A DNA stretch of 64,000 bases from Cyanophora paradoxa CCMP329 (taxonomy: Eukaryota; Plantae; Glaucophyta). Position numbers and translations under genes: made by a program. The stretch covers positions 1 to 64,000 of the forward strand of contig QPMI01000625.1 of NCBI GenBank assembly GCA_004431415.1, given 5' to 3'. This document shows, piece by piece, positions 1-13,200 of the stretch. The notes under the pieces are model-generated. The model was not told the DNA's origin and did not search any database. It worked only from the letters and a program-made list of their open reading frames with translations. How positions within the stretch are numbered: the first letter of the stretch is position 1; the number at the start of each line of letters is the position of its first letter.

Positions 1-3000
1 TGCAGCCGCCGCCGCGCTGCCGCTGCCACCGCCGCCGGCCAGCGGAGGGCGGGCGCCGCGGCCGCGGCCGCTTCTTGGCGGCTGGCGGGCGTCGGACGGG
101 GCGGGCGGAAGGTCTCAGGGGCGGTGCGGACCGGTGCCTTGGGTGCGGGCTTCTTCTTGGGGGCGCTCTCCTCGAAGTCGCTGCCGTCGTCGAGCTCCTC
201 CTCGCTGCCGCTCTCCTCGTCGCTCCCCGCCTTCTTCGCCGCTGGCTTGCGGGGCTTGGCCGCCGGCTTGCGGGCCTTGGCGGCGCCGGCCTTGGGCTTG
301 GGGGCCTTGGCGCCGCGCTCGTGCTCCTCGCGCTCGTAGGCGTCGTGGGCCTCGAGGAAGGCGTCGAGGTCGGCCTCCCACATCGCCGCCTCGGGCGTCG
401 CCTCCAGCTCCGCCAGCTCCTTCTCGTTCCGCGCCTGCCCGCCCCTTCAGCGCCCCCAACCCCGAGCCCGGCGCGGCGCCGGCGCGCGCCTTCTCGTTGA
501 GGAGCTCCTGCACGCGCTCGAAGGTGAGCGTCCACAGCGGCATCGAGAGGAGTAGTCGTACGCCGACCGCTGCGCTCCCGCAGCCCCGCATCACGCCCCG
601 CGGCGGCGCGGCGCGGGGCGGGGCGCGGACCGTGGCGGCGGCGGGGGCCTCCTTCTCCTTGCGGCGGGAGGCCGGGAGGAGGTCGTCGTCGCTGCTCGTC
701 CGCCTCGCGCTTCTTCTTCTTCTCCGCGCTCTCGATGGGGTCGTACTTGCGCGCCTGCAGCTCCGCCAGCAGCTCCGCCCGCTTCCGGTTCGAGACGACG
801 AGCTCGCCGCGCACGACCTGGCGCCGCCTCGGCGGGGGCGGGGGGCGGGAGGGTGGGGGCGGGGGCGCGCACCTCGAGGATGAAGCGGACCTTGTTGGAG
901 AGGCGGACCTGCTGCTCGCGGAGGCGGGCGAGGAGGAGGGCCTTGCGCTTGTGGTAGTACTCGAGGCGCAGCGGGTAGAAGTCGCGGAGGACGTCGAGCG
1001 CGCCGAGCCGTACTTCTTCAGCTTCCGTCCGCGCCCCACAGGTGCATGTTGTTCGTCGAGATGCTGTCCACCAGCTTGAACTTCTTCTCCAGCGCCGCCG
1101 CCTTCTGCTCCTCCGTGGTGGCGCCGGCGAGGCGGCCGCCATCTGCTCCTCGGTCATGTGGACGACGAAGTGGACGTGGTGTCCGTGTGGTGCTCCTTGA
1201 AGTCCTTGATCCAGACGCCCTGCTTGGCGTCGTCCCCCGTGATGGCCTCTCGAGCACCGAGGCCTTGTACTTCTGCGTCCACACCCCGACGGGCAGCTCG
1301 GTGATCTCCACCGTCGTCGCGCTCGTCTGCGTCACCCGCCCGTGCACCGTGTAGCCCTTCGCCGTCGGCGGATGTCCCCGTGAAGCCGCGGTACCACGGG
1401 TGCAGCGGCAGCAGCTCCTCCTCGGGCGCATCGGCCCCAGGCGCATCATCCGCCGCAGGTTCTCGACGAGGTCGCGCGGGTTGTAGCGCGGCACAGACGT
1501 GCTCCAGCCCGTGCCGATGCCTCCGCGCCGTTGACGAGGACGAGGGGGAGGATCGGCATGTACCAGTGGGGCTCGATGGACTGCCCGTCCTCCGTGTTGA
1601 ACTTGAGAGGCGGTCGTCGGCCTCGACGAAGAGCGTCCGCGTCGTCGCGCCAGGCGCGTCGAAGATGTAACGCGGGCTCGCCGCGTCGTCGCCACCCTGC
1701 CAGCCCCCTCAGCCGGCGCCGGCAGCGGCGGCGCTGGGCGTGGCGAGCCATCAGGCGGGTGCCGAAGGTGCCGGACGGTGGAGGAGGTTGACGTTGTTGG
1801 AGCCGACGAAGTTCTGCGCGAGCCTGCGCCGGCGTGAGCGGGGCCGACGGCTGCGGAAAACGCGGGCGCTTGATCATGGTGTCCATGAGGGAGACCTCGC
1901 CGTGGTGGTAGGCGGAGTGCTCGAGATGTAGCCGGCGAGCTGCGCCACCTTGACATCCTCTCGCAACCGCCGCTTGAAGCACGCGAAGAGGATCTTCCGC
2001 TGGCCCGGCTTGAGCCCGTCCACCATCGACGGATCGAGCGCACGTTGTCCGCCTGCCGCCGGCTCGCGCGGGGCCGGCGAGCGAGGCGCGGGCGGCGCGC
2101 CTGGGAGAAGAGGATGAGCTCCTTATCGACGAACTCCTTCAGGGCAGCTGCGAGCGGTTGCCGTGTCGAGGAAGGTCCCCGGCTGCGCCGGCGTCGGAGG
2201 CGGCGCGGCAGGGCCGGGGCGGGGCGGCGGACGGCGCAGTTGAGAGCCACTTCTTGCGCTCGTCGACGCGCTTGGAGGAGAAGGCGAGCTCGATGGCCTC
2301 GTCGTCGTGCGGCCGGTGTGCGCGAACTCGATCCGGTGCTGCCCCAGGTCCGCAAAGTACTCCTCGCCTCCGCCGCCGTGTTTGTGCCAGACCTGCCTCC
2401 CCGTCAGGTCCTGCGGCACGAAGGGCGGGGCGGGGCGGGGGCGGGCCCTTGTAGTACTTGACGGACCAGCCGCGGGAGGCGGGGCTGTCCCGCCACTTCT
2501 CGTACTCCGGCATCGTGTAGAACGCGATCGTCTCCTTACCCTTGTGCGCCTGCGACGAGGCCTCAGGGGCCGGCCCGGGGGCCGGTCGCGGCGCGGGGAG
2601 GCCGGGCTCGCCTTCACGATGGGGGTGATGAACTCGCAGAGGAAGCCCGGGATCTTGAGGAGGGAGGGCCACTGAGAGTGGATGAAGTTGATGAGGAGGC
2701 CCTTGATGTGCGACCCGTCGTGGTCCTGGTCCGTCATGATCATCAGGTGCCCGTACCGCAGCGACCGCGTGTCCTCGTAGTTCTTCCCGTGCTGGAAGCC
2801 CATGATCTGCGCTCCTCCGTCAGCCCCGCCCGCCCCCGCCCGCCCCCGCCGCGGCGCTCGCCTTGCGGATGGCGTCGATCTCCTTGTTCTCGGAGAGCTG
2901 CTTGAACGTCGCCTCGCGCACGTTCAGCAGCTTGCCGCGGAGCGGGAAGACGCCGTAGCTGCGGGGCCGCGTGAGGAGAGAGGGGCGGGGGCCGAGGGCG

Positions 3001-4617
3001 GGGCGGACCGGTCGCGGCCGACGACGGAGAGCCGGCGACGGCGAGGCCTTGGCGGAGTCTCCCTCCGTGAGGATCAGCGTGCACTGGTCCGCGTTCCGCC
3101 CCCCGCGTCGTTCGCGTCGTCCAACTGCTCCCGCGTCGGCACCGGGGGCGAGCCGGCCGCGCGCGGCGCTCGGCGGGCGGACCTTGTCGATTCCGACGAG
3201 GCGCTGCTTCTTCGTGCCGTCCTTCTTCTTAAGGGCGTTGCTCTGCTTGAATTTGGCGAACTCCATGAGCTGGTCACGATTCCGGACTTCATCACTGCGC
3301 CCGGCCGTCACGCGCGGGCCGCCCCGCCCGGTCCCTCTGCCCGCGCACCCTTCTTGATGATGTCTTCGCTGAGCTCGCACTTGGAGCCGAACGAGCTCGC
3401 CTGCGGTGGCGGGCGGGGTGAGCGCCCACGTTGAGCGGGCAAGGGGCGGCGGACCTTGAGGGTCATGTTCTCCTTGGTCTGCGAGTCGAACGCGGGGTTC
3501 TCAATGAGGCAGTTGATGAAGACGAAGAGGTAGTTCTTAACCTGCGCGCGCCACCCGCGTCAGGAGCGGGCGAGCGCGGCGCGAGCGCGGCGCGCACTTG
3601 GTGGTTCTTGAGCTGGATGCCCTTGACCTTCTTGTTGACGGCCTCGAGGAGCTTGCCGGTGACTTGGTCGGAGACGTAGTTGACGTGGGTGCCGCCCTTG
3701 CTGGTGCTGATGCTGTTGACGAAGCTGACCTGCTGGAACTGGCCGTCCGAGACGGCGACGCAGACCTCCCAGCGGTCGTTGACCTTCTCGTAGAAGCGCG
3801 GCTGCTCGCCCTTGTCGCCCTTGAAGTAGAGACTGACGTAGTCCTTGAAGCCCTTCACGGAGATGCGCGTACCGTTGAGGAAGACCTTGCAGCTCGACGT
3901 GCCCGCCACGTCGTACACGCGCTTCGTGAAGAGAGCCACAATGTCGTCGTCCAGGCCCTCCATGTGGAAGCGCCGCAGGTCCGGCACGAACGAGATCGAC
4001 GTCCAGTTGTCCGACGCCTTGCAAGATTTGATCTCCGGCTCCCCGCGGTCCTGCATGTTGTTCCGGAACACCTGCCGGTAACGCCGCCCGCGGCCGCCGT
4101 CGGCCGTCTCGACGATGAACTCGCGCGAGTAGATGTTCGTGAGCTTCGCGCCGTATCCGTTGCGCCCGCCGACGACCTTCTTCTCGTTGTCGTCGTAGTT
4201 GCTGGAAGTCAGCAGGTGCCCGAAGATCATCTCAGGAATGTAAATCTGCTCCTCCTTGTGGATCTCGACGGGGATGCCCGACCCGTTGTTCCAGACGCTG
4301 ATGCGGTTGTTCTCACGATCGATCTCAACTTTGATCGTGTCCATGTTCGCGTCGCGCTGCTTGTGGTCTGCAGCGTTAACGAGGATCTCGTCGAAGATCT
4401 TGAAGAGCCCCGGCGAGAAGGTCACAGGCCTGAACACCATGCCCTTGTCTCCGTCAAAGACCCAGAGCGGCAGCGACTGCTTCTCTGTGGACCCAATGTA
4501 CGTGTCGGGCCGCAGGAGGATGTGCTCAAGCTGCGACTTCTTCTGATAGATCTGCTCCAGCGTGCGCCCGCCATCGTTGCCGCCCGCAACGCCAAGAGCT
4601 TTCTTCGTAGTAGCCAT
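1..4617 (-). CDS. TOP2: DNA topoisomerase II (type IIA), multi-exon, 3' end runs off the window; many apparent single-base frameshifts in ~300-3300
   Basis: ATG at 4617 (MATTKK...). Motifs: YQKKSQLEHILLRPDTYIGS, FKIFDEILVNAADHKQRD, GGRNGYGAKLTNIYS, LILTEGDSAK, YGVFPLRGKLLNVRE, IMTDQDHDGSHIKGL, DGLKPGQRK, YHHGE, ITELPVGVWTQ, then a Lys/acidic C-terminal tail. GT-AG and GC-AG introns. Confidence 0.97.
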
Positions 4618-5029
4618 TCTGCTTACCTGCGTGCTGCGGGCGCTCCTCGCTCGCCTGCGCGGAACATGAGACCGCGCAAGCTCTCCAGACGCGGAACGCC
4701 GCCGGAAGGCGGTGCAAGCGGATGCTGGGGAGCGCCGCACCTGCTTGTCAGTCCAAACGCGGCCGCGCTCGCCGCCGCCGGACTGCGACCGTTGTTGGAA
4801 GACACGTACCCTGAGTTCGTCCCCCCTCGTCCGAAATACTATACCCACACACTCTCTGCGCCGCCTGCGCGACAACAACCGGCTCTCCGGCAGGGCTCTC
4901 CGGCAGGGCCACGTGCTCCGGTGCCTGCGGCGCCAGCTCCAAACCATAAAGTAGCTATTCAGCGATTCAGGCGCCACGGTGCTAGCTTCCACGGTCCACG
5001 AATCGAGCGGGGGCTAGGCCCAGCTGGGG

Positions 5030-6777
5030 ATGCGCCGGGCCGGCAACGCGGACCGGCTCGCGCCGCCCCCGACCCCGCCTCCCGGCCCGCTCGTGCGAGC
5101 ACCGTTTGCGACGGAGGCGGACGAGCTTGAGCGCGTCAGCCTCCCGCGCAACCACGGTGAGGCTGCTGAGGGTTCGGTTGCTTGTGTGCGCGTCGATCTG
5201 GGCCGCTGCGCAGGTCCCGGAGACGCCCGTACGCGGGGAAGGGCGAGCCGCGGCAGCCGCACCGGGCCCGACGATGAGGACTACTGCTACAAGGCCCCGT
5301 CGAGCTCCGGGGGCGCGTCGCTGTACGCTCGGCCTGCGCGGAGCGGGCAGGAGCAGGCGATGGTGGCGAGGCCGGGGAGCCGGGGCGGCCGCTCGGCGAG
5401 CTTCGCGGAGGACGAGCCGCTGTACCGCCAGCCGCGAGAGCGCGTGGCACGGGACGGACCGGAGCCGGCCCAGACGCGAGAGGAGCGCCTGCGGGAACGG
5501 CAGGCCCGGCGCACCGCCGTCCCCACCCCCTCGCAATCGACATGTGCGCGGGCGCCCCGCCGCAGCCGCGCCCGCGCGCCCACAAATGGTCGTATCCACA
5601 GCATCGATGGGGTCGTCGCGGCGAGTGAGCGCCCTGAGGAGGAGCGTGATCGACGTCAGGCGACGGGGCGACGGGGAGGAGGTCGAGGAGGGGTCCCCCG
5701 AGGGCGGCGTCCGCTGGCGCGAGGAGGAGGAAGAAGAGGAGGAGGAGCCCGAGCGGGCGCCCTCCCGGGCCTCGTCCCGGGCCGAGCGAAGGCGGGAGGA
5801 GAAAGCGGGCGGGGCGCCCTGGTTCCCGTTCGGGAAGGGCGGGGGCGGGGCGGGGGCGCCGCTGCGGGACGAGGAGGGGGAGGCGGTGGCGGACCTGAAG
5901 GGGCTGCGCGGCCGGAGCATCACGCGGCACGACGAGGAGGAGGACCCCGATGAGAGCCTCCTCCGCACCCGTTCCGCCCGCCGCTACCGCGCCGATCTCC
6001 AACGCCAGATTCGCGAGAAGCAGGAGCGCGCCGCCCGCCAGAAGCAGGTACGCCTCCGCCCGCCCCGCCCTGCGAGGCGGCGGCGAGCGGGGCGGCGGCA
6101 GGAGGAGCGCGAAGACGACGCGCGGCGAGAGCGGCAGCTCGCCGACGAGCAGCGCGCCATCGCCGCGCGCGCCGCCGCCGAGAAGGTCCGCCCGCTTCGG
6201 CCCGGCCCGGCCCGCCCCGCCCGGCCCCTGACCGCCCGGCAGGCGCGGGAGGAGGCGGCAACCCACCGGCGGCGGGAGCGGGGCCGGCGGCGAGGCCGGC
6301 GCCTTCGTCGCCGGCGGCGGCAGGGGACGAGGCGCGGAGGGGCGCGGAGGCGGAGCGGGGAGGGCGCGGGGGCGAGGAGCGGGAGCGCGGCCCTGCACGC
6401 GGCGCGCACGCCGCCACGCGGGCAACCCCGGAAGATCGCGAGGAGGAGGAGGAGGAGGAGGAGGAGGAGCGGGGCCGGGGCCGAGGCCGGGGCCGGGGCG
6501 GGGGCGGGGGCGGGGGCGGGGGAGGGTCGGAGGCGGTGGCGCTGCGGCGGAAGCTGGAGCGCTTGGAGGAGAGCATTCTGGGGACGAACGCGATGCTGAG
6601 CGTGCGATGCCCGTGCGGCTCCGCCCTCCGCATCCGCGTCATCGCCTCGGCGCTCGAGGAGGACGGTGCCCCACCCGCCCGCCCCGCCCCCGCCCGCCAC
6701 CGCGCCCCGACCAAGGCCGCCGCCGCAACGCAGGCACCGTGCGGTGGAGCGCCAGCGTCGTGGGCGGCGTCACGTAG
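5030..6777 (+). CDS. CSPP1/CCDC66-like centrosomal or ciliary coiled-coil protein
   Basis: WFPFGKGGGGAGAPLRDEEGEAVADL followed by YRADLQRQIREKQE resembles the CSPP1 'GKGGGGAPLRD..G..I.DL' motif and helix. Exon structure and the stop at 6775-6777 are inferred. Confidence 0.55.
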
Positions 6778-6987
6778 CGCCACCAATCTGCTCCCCACTA
6801 CAGCTAGGCTTGCCCCAAGTAGCTTACTTGAGTTTTCGTTCAGACTCCCTGTTCAATATTCAAACTGCACTAGATCGCTATCTGGCCTGCACTATCGATA
6901 ACAGTAGACTAGCTGCAGCGGAGCGATCCGAGGAGGAAAGGAGCGAGAGGGGAGAAGGCGGCGATAGGGTTGGTGTCGGGGCGCGGG

Positions 6988-9786
6988 CTAGGAGACGCGG
7001 GCGACGGGGGGCGTGGGGGGCAGGATGGGCTGCGCGGCGGCCGTCGCGAGGACGGAGGAGGCGACGGTGCCGCGAAGGTAGGCGTTCTCGCGCTCGAGCT
7101 CGGCGGCGCGGGCCTGCAGGCGGGAGACGAGGTCGGCCTCGCCGTCGGCCACCTGCTCCGCGCGCAGCCGGGCGACCTCGGAGCGCAGCTGCCCCGCCTC
7201 GGAGCGCAGCTGCCCGAGCTCGCCGGCCATCCTCCGGCCCTCCTCCTCCTGCACCGCTAGGCGCGCGAGCTCGCCCCGCATCGCGTCCACCTCCCCCGCC
7301 AGCCGCCCGTTCTCCGCTACCGCCCGCTTGAACTCGTCCCGCAGCCGCCCCAGCGCCTCCGCCTCATCCGCCCCGGCGCCGGCCGCCTCCGCCGCCGCGG
7401 CCGACGAGGACGAGGCGACGGCCGCGGCGAGGGCGGCGCGCAGCTCCTCGTTCTCTTTGCGGGCCTCGACGACCTGCCGCGCGAGGCGCTCGGCGATCTC
7501 GCTGCCGGCCTTGGTGATGCCGACGTGGGCCCCCTCCGCCGCCTCGATCGCCCCCAGGATGCACGAGAGCACCAGGTTCTCCGACATCAGCGCCGCGTCG
7601 CCGCTGGCGGCCTCCGGGGCGGCCGCGGCACGGGGCGCGTGCGGGAGGCCGGTGAGGGCGGCGGAGAGGTCGGCGGCGAGGCGGTCGCGCTCGGCGGTCA
7701 TCGCCGCGAGCTGCTCCTGCAGCACCGCCTTCTCCTGCCGCAGGCTCTTCAGGCCCTCCGCCGTGATCCTGCCCCTCGGGGCGTCAGCGGGGCGGCAGGC
7801 GGGGCAGTTGGGGCTGGGCGGGGCGGGGCGGGGCGCGGGGCACCGCTCGAGGCGCTCGACCTTCTTCATCCCCTGCTTCTCGAACGTCGCGATCCGCTTC
7901 TTCAGCTGCGCGCCCATGAGCGCCGGCCCGAGCGGCCCCGCAGGCGGCGCACGTTGATGTTCTCCACCCGGAGCGACACGAGCAGCGACTCGATCATCTG
8001 CACCGCCGGCGGGACTGCGCGGATGCCGTCGGCCCCCCTGCCACGCGGGCCGGCGGCGGCGGGCGGCGCGCACTGTTCCCGTCCTTATCGCGGGGGAGGA
8101 CGAGGGCGGGGATGTGCGCGTTGGGGTGCGTTGGGTGCTGCATGAGCATCACCTGCGGGGCCGGCGTCACGGGGGAGCGGGGGCCGGGCGGGGGCGGGGA
8201 CGGGGGCGGGACCTGGGCGCGCTGCATGTCCTGGGGGGCCCTGCCCTTGCCCTTGTCCTCCTTGGACTTCTCGGGGGCGGCGGGGCTCTCGAAGAGGGAG
8301 ACGAGGAGGAGGTCCTTGAGGTCGCCCTTCTCCTCCATGAGGTACGCGAAGGCCCGGCTCATCGTCGCCAGGTCCGACCGGCACGTCTCCATCGCCTCCC
8401 GCAGCCGCCCGTTCTCCTCCTCCGTCCCCGTCTTCGCGGCGCTGAAATCGTCGAACTTGGACTGCAGCGTGATGTACCGGTTCTGCAGGTCTGTGTGCTG
8501 CACGCACGCCAGGTCCAGCATCTTCTTCGCCTTGTTGTACTGCGACTCCAGCTCGTTCTTGATCTTCGTGAAGCTCTCCTGCATGTTCGCGTTCTCCTCG
8601 TACGCCAGCGTCAGCGCCGCCTCGATCCCCGTCCGATCCTGCTCCAGCTTCATGCAGTGTTGCTCGAGCGCCTTCATGTACTCCTTCATCTGCTCCGACT
8701 CTTTCGTCGTCCGCTCCAGCTTCTCCGAGACCTCCTGCACCTTGATTTTCGTCACCACCTGCTCGTCCGGCTCCGTGTTGCAACCCACGTGCTTCATGTC
8801 CGCCAGCAGCTCCTGCATCAAGCTGCCTCCGCCGCTTAGCACGGCGCCTCCCGCTAAGGTCGGCCGGGCACAGACCTCGATTTCTTCTTGATCGAGTCGA
8901 TGCGCTGCCTGGAGAAGCGGTCGATGCCGTTCGCCACGATCTTGCCAACGCGGTGCAGCTCCTCGATGATGTAGAACATCTGTCGCAGCATCAGCGACAC
9001 TCCAGGCGCAAGCCGGGCGGCCCGCGTGTTGAAAAAAAGGTGCGGAAACGGATGCTCGGACAAACCTGGTCTAGGCTCTGCACCTCGCGGGTGAAGTACG
9101 TGATGACCTAGAGCGGCGCAGCGGTCAGCCGGGCAGGCCAGATGTGGTTTTGCGACTGCGTACTTGTGCACGCTCCTGCTCCCACTCAAGGCAGTTCGCG
9201 TACTTCTTCTGCTCGAGCGCCCGGATCTGCGCAACCCCGCCGCGGCCTAAGACCTTCACAGCTGAGAGCGCGGCGGCTCTCGGACCTGCTGCTGGAACTC
9301 AGCGTGCCAATGTAGCTTCTCGAGCACGGACTCAGGCTGCTCTACCGGGCTGGAAGCGCGGCTAAGCAGGTTTCAAGAGGGGGTTCGAAGGAGCCAGCGG
9401 ACCGGGTCCGGAAGCAGCCTGGCAGCCAAGTCGTCGGCGACGGCGTAGCATCGTCTCGGAGTGCAGCTGCAACGATGAAACGCGCAAAATCAGGGGTGCG
9501 GTGACCGGGGCTGCTCTTAGTGGGCCGCCCGAGCCAGGGCTTTTGCGCGGGCCGTGGGCCGGGGGGCTGGGGCTGACGAGTGCAATGACTGCGGCTGCTC
9601 TAAATCTCGGGGGGCCGTCTGTGCACCTCTTACGTTGTTCGCGTTCCCTGGCTGGACCTTGTTCGTGCGCGAGGTCGCACGCTTCAGATCGTCGTCGCTG
9701 TCAAGCGAGTCCGCGAACTTGACCTTCGCTGCAGGGGCGAGGACGCGGCCGCGGTCAGCCTGGCCGGAAGACCACAACTCAAGCAT
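6988..9786 (-). CDS. Long coiled-coil protein, function unknown (5' end uncertain)
   Basis: Heptad-rich exons (EVSEKLERTTKESEQMKEYMKALEQHCMKLEQD..., LRDEFKRAVAENGRLAGEVDAMRGELARL) separated by short introns; stop at 6988. Confidence 0.6.
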
Positions 9787-10283
9787 CGAGGCTCCGAGCC
9801 AGGTGCCCCGGCAGCGACGGGCAGGAAACTATGGCTAGAGTGTGATACAAAGAACGCACGCTTCGGGGCCAGCATCGTGCGGGTCTGCGAAGCACGCGGC
9901 GGGAGGCTCTTAGCCCCTTTGAGGGGGTACGTGTCCTTTGAATCGGGGGATACCTTCGCTGCCTCAGCTGGCAGTTCCGCCCGTCCGGGCCCGTTCCGAG
10001 CCGCTGAGCCTTCAGGGCCAGCGCATATATAGCTAGTACTAATCCCTCTGTTCACAGCATCCTTACGTGCACGTACTACGGTAGACGCGTGTCGACGTCG
10101 GAGGTCGTGTGGATCGTGTTTGTTCAATGCGTCTATATCTGTGTCACCGTACGCGTATACGTATGCGGCGGCGTGCGAATCGGCGCCCGGCGACGCGGCG
10201 ACACTAGTACTAGTATACGTACTGCGCATGCTGAATCGATTGAGCGTGTGTTTTTGAGCATGTTGGAGGTAGCGGCGCGTGCT

Positions 10284-13200
10284 TCAGCGACAAGTGAGCG
10301 GGCTACTCTCGGAGAAGCGTAATTTCAAGGCGCCCGGGGGGTTGGCGTCGGGGTCGAGGGAGCAAGGGGGCGCGAGCTCGAGCTCAGGGCCGGCGGCGGG
10401 GATCCGGACCTGGACGCTGTGTGGTCCCTGGGCGATGGTCGCGTGGGCGGCCGGCAGGGGGCTCGCCGGCCCCCCTCGAGGCGCCGGGGCGGGGCTGGCG
10501 CGGGGGCGGCCGTGGGCGGGAGGGCAGGGGATGCGCGACGTGGGGGCGCAGGCAGCGACCTCCTCGACGAGCTGCGGGGGCGTCGGCGCGGGGCGGTGGG
10601 GCGGGGTGGGCGGGGCGCGCCTGGAGGATGCGCCGACTGCGGGCGCCGTAGTCATCGGCGAGACGGGCGCGCTCCTCGAGCTTTCCCGCCAGCGCCGCGC
10701 TCCGCTCGATGAGGCCGCGGTTCTCCTCATACAGCAGCTGCCGCAGCGCCCGCGTCACCGCCCCGCCCCGCCCCGCCCCCGCGCCAGAACCGGTGCCACC
10801 CACCTGCACGAGGAGCAGCAGCTTCCTGTGGAGCGCCCCCGCCGCCTCCCCCGCCTGCCGCTCCCCTGCCGCGTGGCGCGCCGTCAGCGGCGCCGGCGCA
10901 CGGGCTGGCGTTCAGGCTCACTCGCGGCCCGCTCCTCGTTGCCGGCGAGCGCGCCCGCTTCCTGCCAGGCCCATCAGCGTAGGGGCACACGGCACGGGTC
11001 AGAAGGGCGGGCCGCGCGCCTGCTGCTGCCGCAGGCGGCCGAGGCGGGCGTCGGCGGCGTGGAGGCGCCAGGCGGCGCAGATCGAGCGCCGGATGCGCCG
11101 CTCGCCCGAGTCCGCGACGATGCGCTCGAGCGCCGCGAGGCGGGCCGCCCGCCGCGTGTGCGAGCGCCAGCCCAGGAAGGCCCGCCGCGCCGCAACGAGG
11201 GCGCATTTCCTTGCGAGGCGCTCCTGTGACGGCGCGTCGGGAGAGGCCAGCAGGACGGGAGGGGAGCGGGGGGCCGCACGGCCCGGCGGGAGCAGGCGCG
11301 AGAGGCGGCAGCGAGGTCGTGGGCCGAGGCGAGCCAGAGACGGGCAGCGTCGCGGGCGGCGTGGAGGCGGCGGTGGCGGGCGGCGAGATGCGCCTGCCAG
11401 ATGCGAAAGACGCCCCGCAGGCGCTGCTCGTCCCACCGCTGCCGCTGCGCCCCGCACGCAGCCGCCAGTCGTCTCCGAACTTCGACCGCTCCCCGCCAGG
11501 CACGCAAGGCGCGCCGCTGCAGCTTGCGCAGCGGAGCGCCGGCGGCCTCAGCGCGGGCGAGGCGCCAGGTGGCGAGGGCCCGCGCGACGAGGCGCCGATC
11601 CAGCACACGCCGCGCCGCCGCGAGGCCCCTTCGCCCCTCCGCCGCCCGCCTCGCGGCGACCCGCCACGCCCGCAGCGCCCGCCTTAGAGGCACAGCCCGG
11701 ACGGGGGGCGGCGCCCCCCGGGTCCGACCGCTCCTTTCAAGGGAGGCCCACCGCCAGAGGCCGAGGGCAGCCTCGAGGGTCCGGCGGCGAAGACGCGCAT
11801 CAACTTTGGCTCTGGCGGCCTCGAGTTGCCGCGCCCTCCGAGCGGCGGCGCGCATTGCGAGTAAGGCGTGCCGCAGGGCCCGCCGGCGATCGACCGCAAC
11901 GAGGGCGGCGGCCGCCGCCCCGCGCGCCTTCCGCCGTCGCTCCGCCGCTCTGCAGGTTCGCCAGGTGAGGGTACGGGGCGTGGGAGGGGGAAGGGCGCGC
12001 ACTGCTGCCAGAGCGAGAGGGCGCCGAGGAGCGCCCGCGACGCGTGCCGGGCGAGCGCGGCGCGCAGGAGGACGGCGCGCCGGGCGCTCGCCGCCGCCCA
12101 TGCCCGCCATTGGCGGAACGCGCTACGCGCGGGCGGGGGGGAGGGCTCCGAGGGCCCTACCCAGCACCGCGACCGCCTGCGCAGGCGTGGCTCGGCGGGC
12201 GGCCCGGCCCGGGCGCTCGCCACGCGCACCTGCTTCCGCCGCTCGGCCGCCCCGCGCCAGAGGGCGAACGCCGCCCGCGCGCGGTGCGCGGCTTGCCACG
12301 CGCTGAGCCTGACCGCCGCCTGCCTTAAGCCGATGCCCCGCTCACGGGCGCCTTGCCAGCGAGACCATGCGCCCCGCAGCGCTGCCCGGCGCCGGGTGCC
12401 CAGCGCGAGCTGCACGGCCGCGTCCTGCGCCGCGGCCGCCTGCACGGGTGCGACGCTCCGTCAAGTGGCGGGGGCGGGCGGCGGGTCGCGCGCACGTGGC
12501 GGGCGGAGAGCGCGGAGGCCGTGCTCAAGTCCTCGACGCGGCGTTCGGCCGCTGCCAGCGCCTGCCGCGCGGCGCGCAGCTCGCCCTCAGCCGCTTCCCG
12601 CCCCGCGACGGCCTCGCTCCGTTCGCCCTCGAGCATCGCCGCGTTTCGCTTTGCCTGCACATGGGCGTCCGTTGCGATGGAGCGAGGGCTGCGCGAGGCG
12701 GTGCACCGCTTCGGCCTCCTCGCGAACGGTGAGTAGCTGGAGCTCGGCGGCGGCGGCGGCGGTGGCGGCGTGGCGACCTGCCTCCTCGGAGGCTGACATC
12801 CACGCACGCGCCGCCTCGAGCTCTGCCCCCTGCTGCCGCCCCCGCTCCGCCGCTTCCGCCTGCCCCGAGCGCACCGTCAGACGCCCCGTGAGCCGGGCCC
12901 CAAGGCGGTGCACCAGCTCGCGGGCTGCCGCGTCGAGCTCGCGCTGCAGGCCGGCCGCCTGCCCAGCGAGCTGCTCGCAGCGCGCGCGGCTGCGTGCGGC
13001 TTCTCCTCGTGCCTCCGTCAGCTCCGCGGCGAACCGCGCAGCCTCGTCCTCGGCCTTGGCGGAATGGCCGCGGGCGTCGGCAAGGTCGGCGCGGAGACGC
13101 TCGAGCTCCGCCTCGGCCCGCGTCGCCTCCACCAACGCCGCCGCCAGCTGCTGCCCGACTCGCGCCGCCTCCGCCCTCGCCGCCGCCAGCTCCCCGTCCG

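Noticed and set aside
3598-5130. 510-aa + strand ORF antisense to TOP2
   Set aside because: Mirror frame of a strongly codon-biased gene, with no independent motifs.
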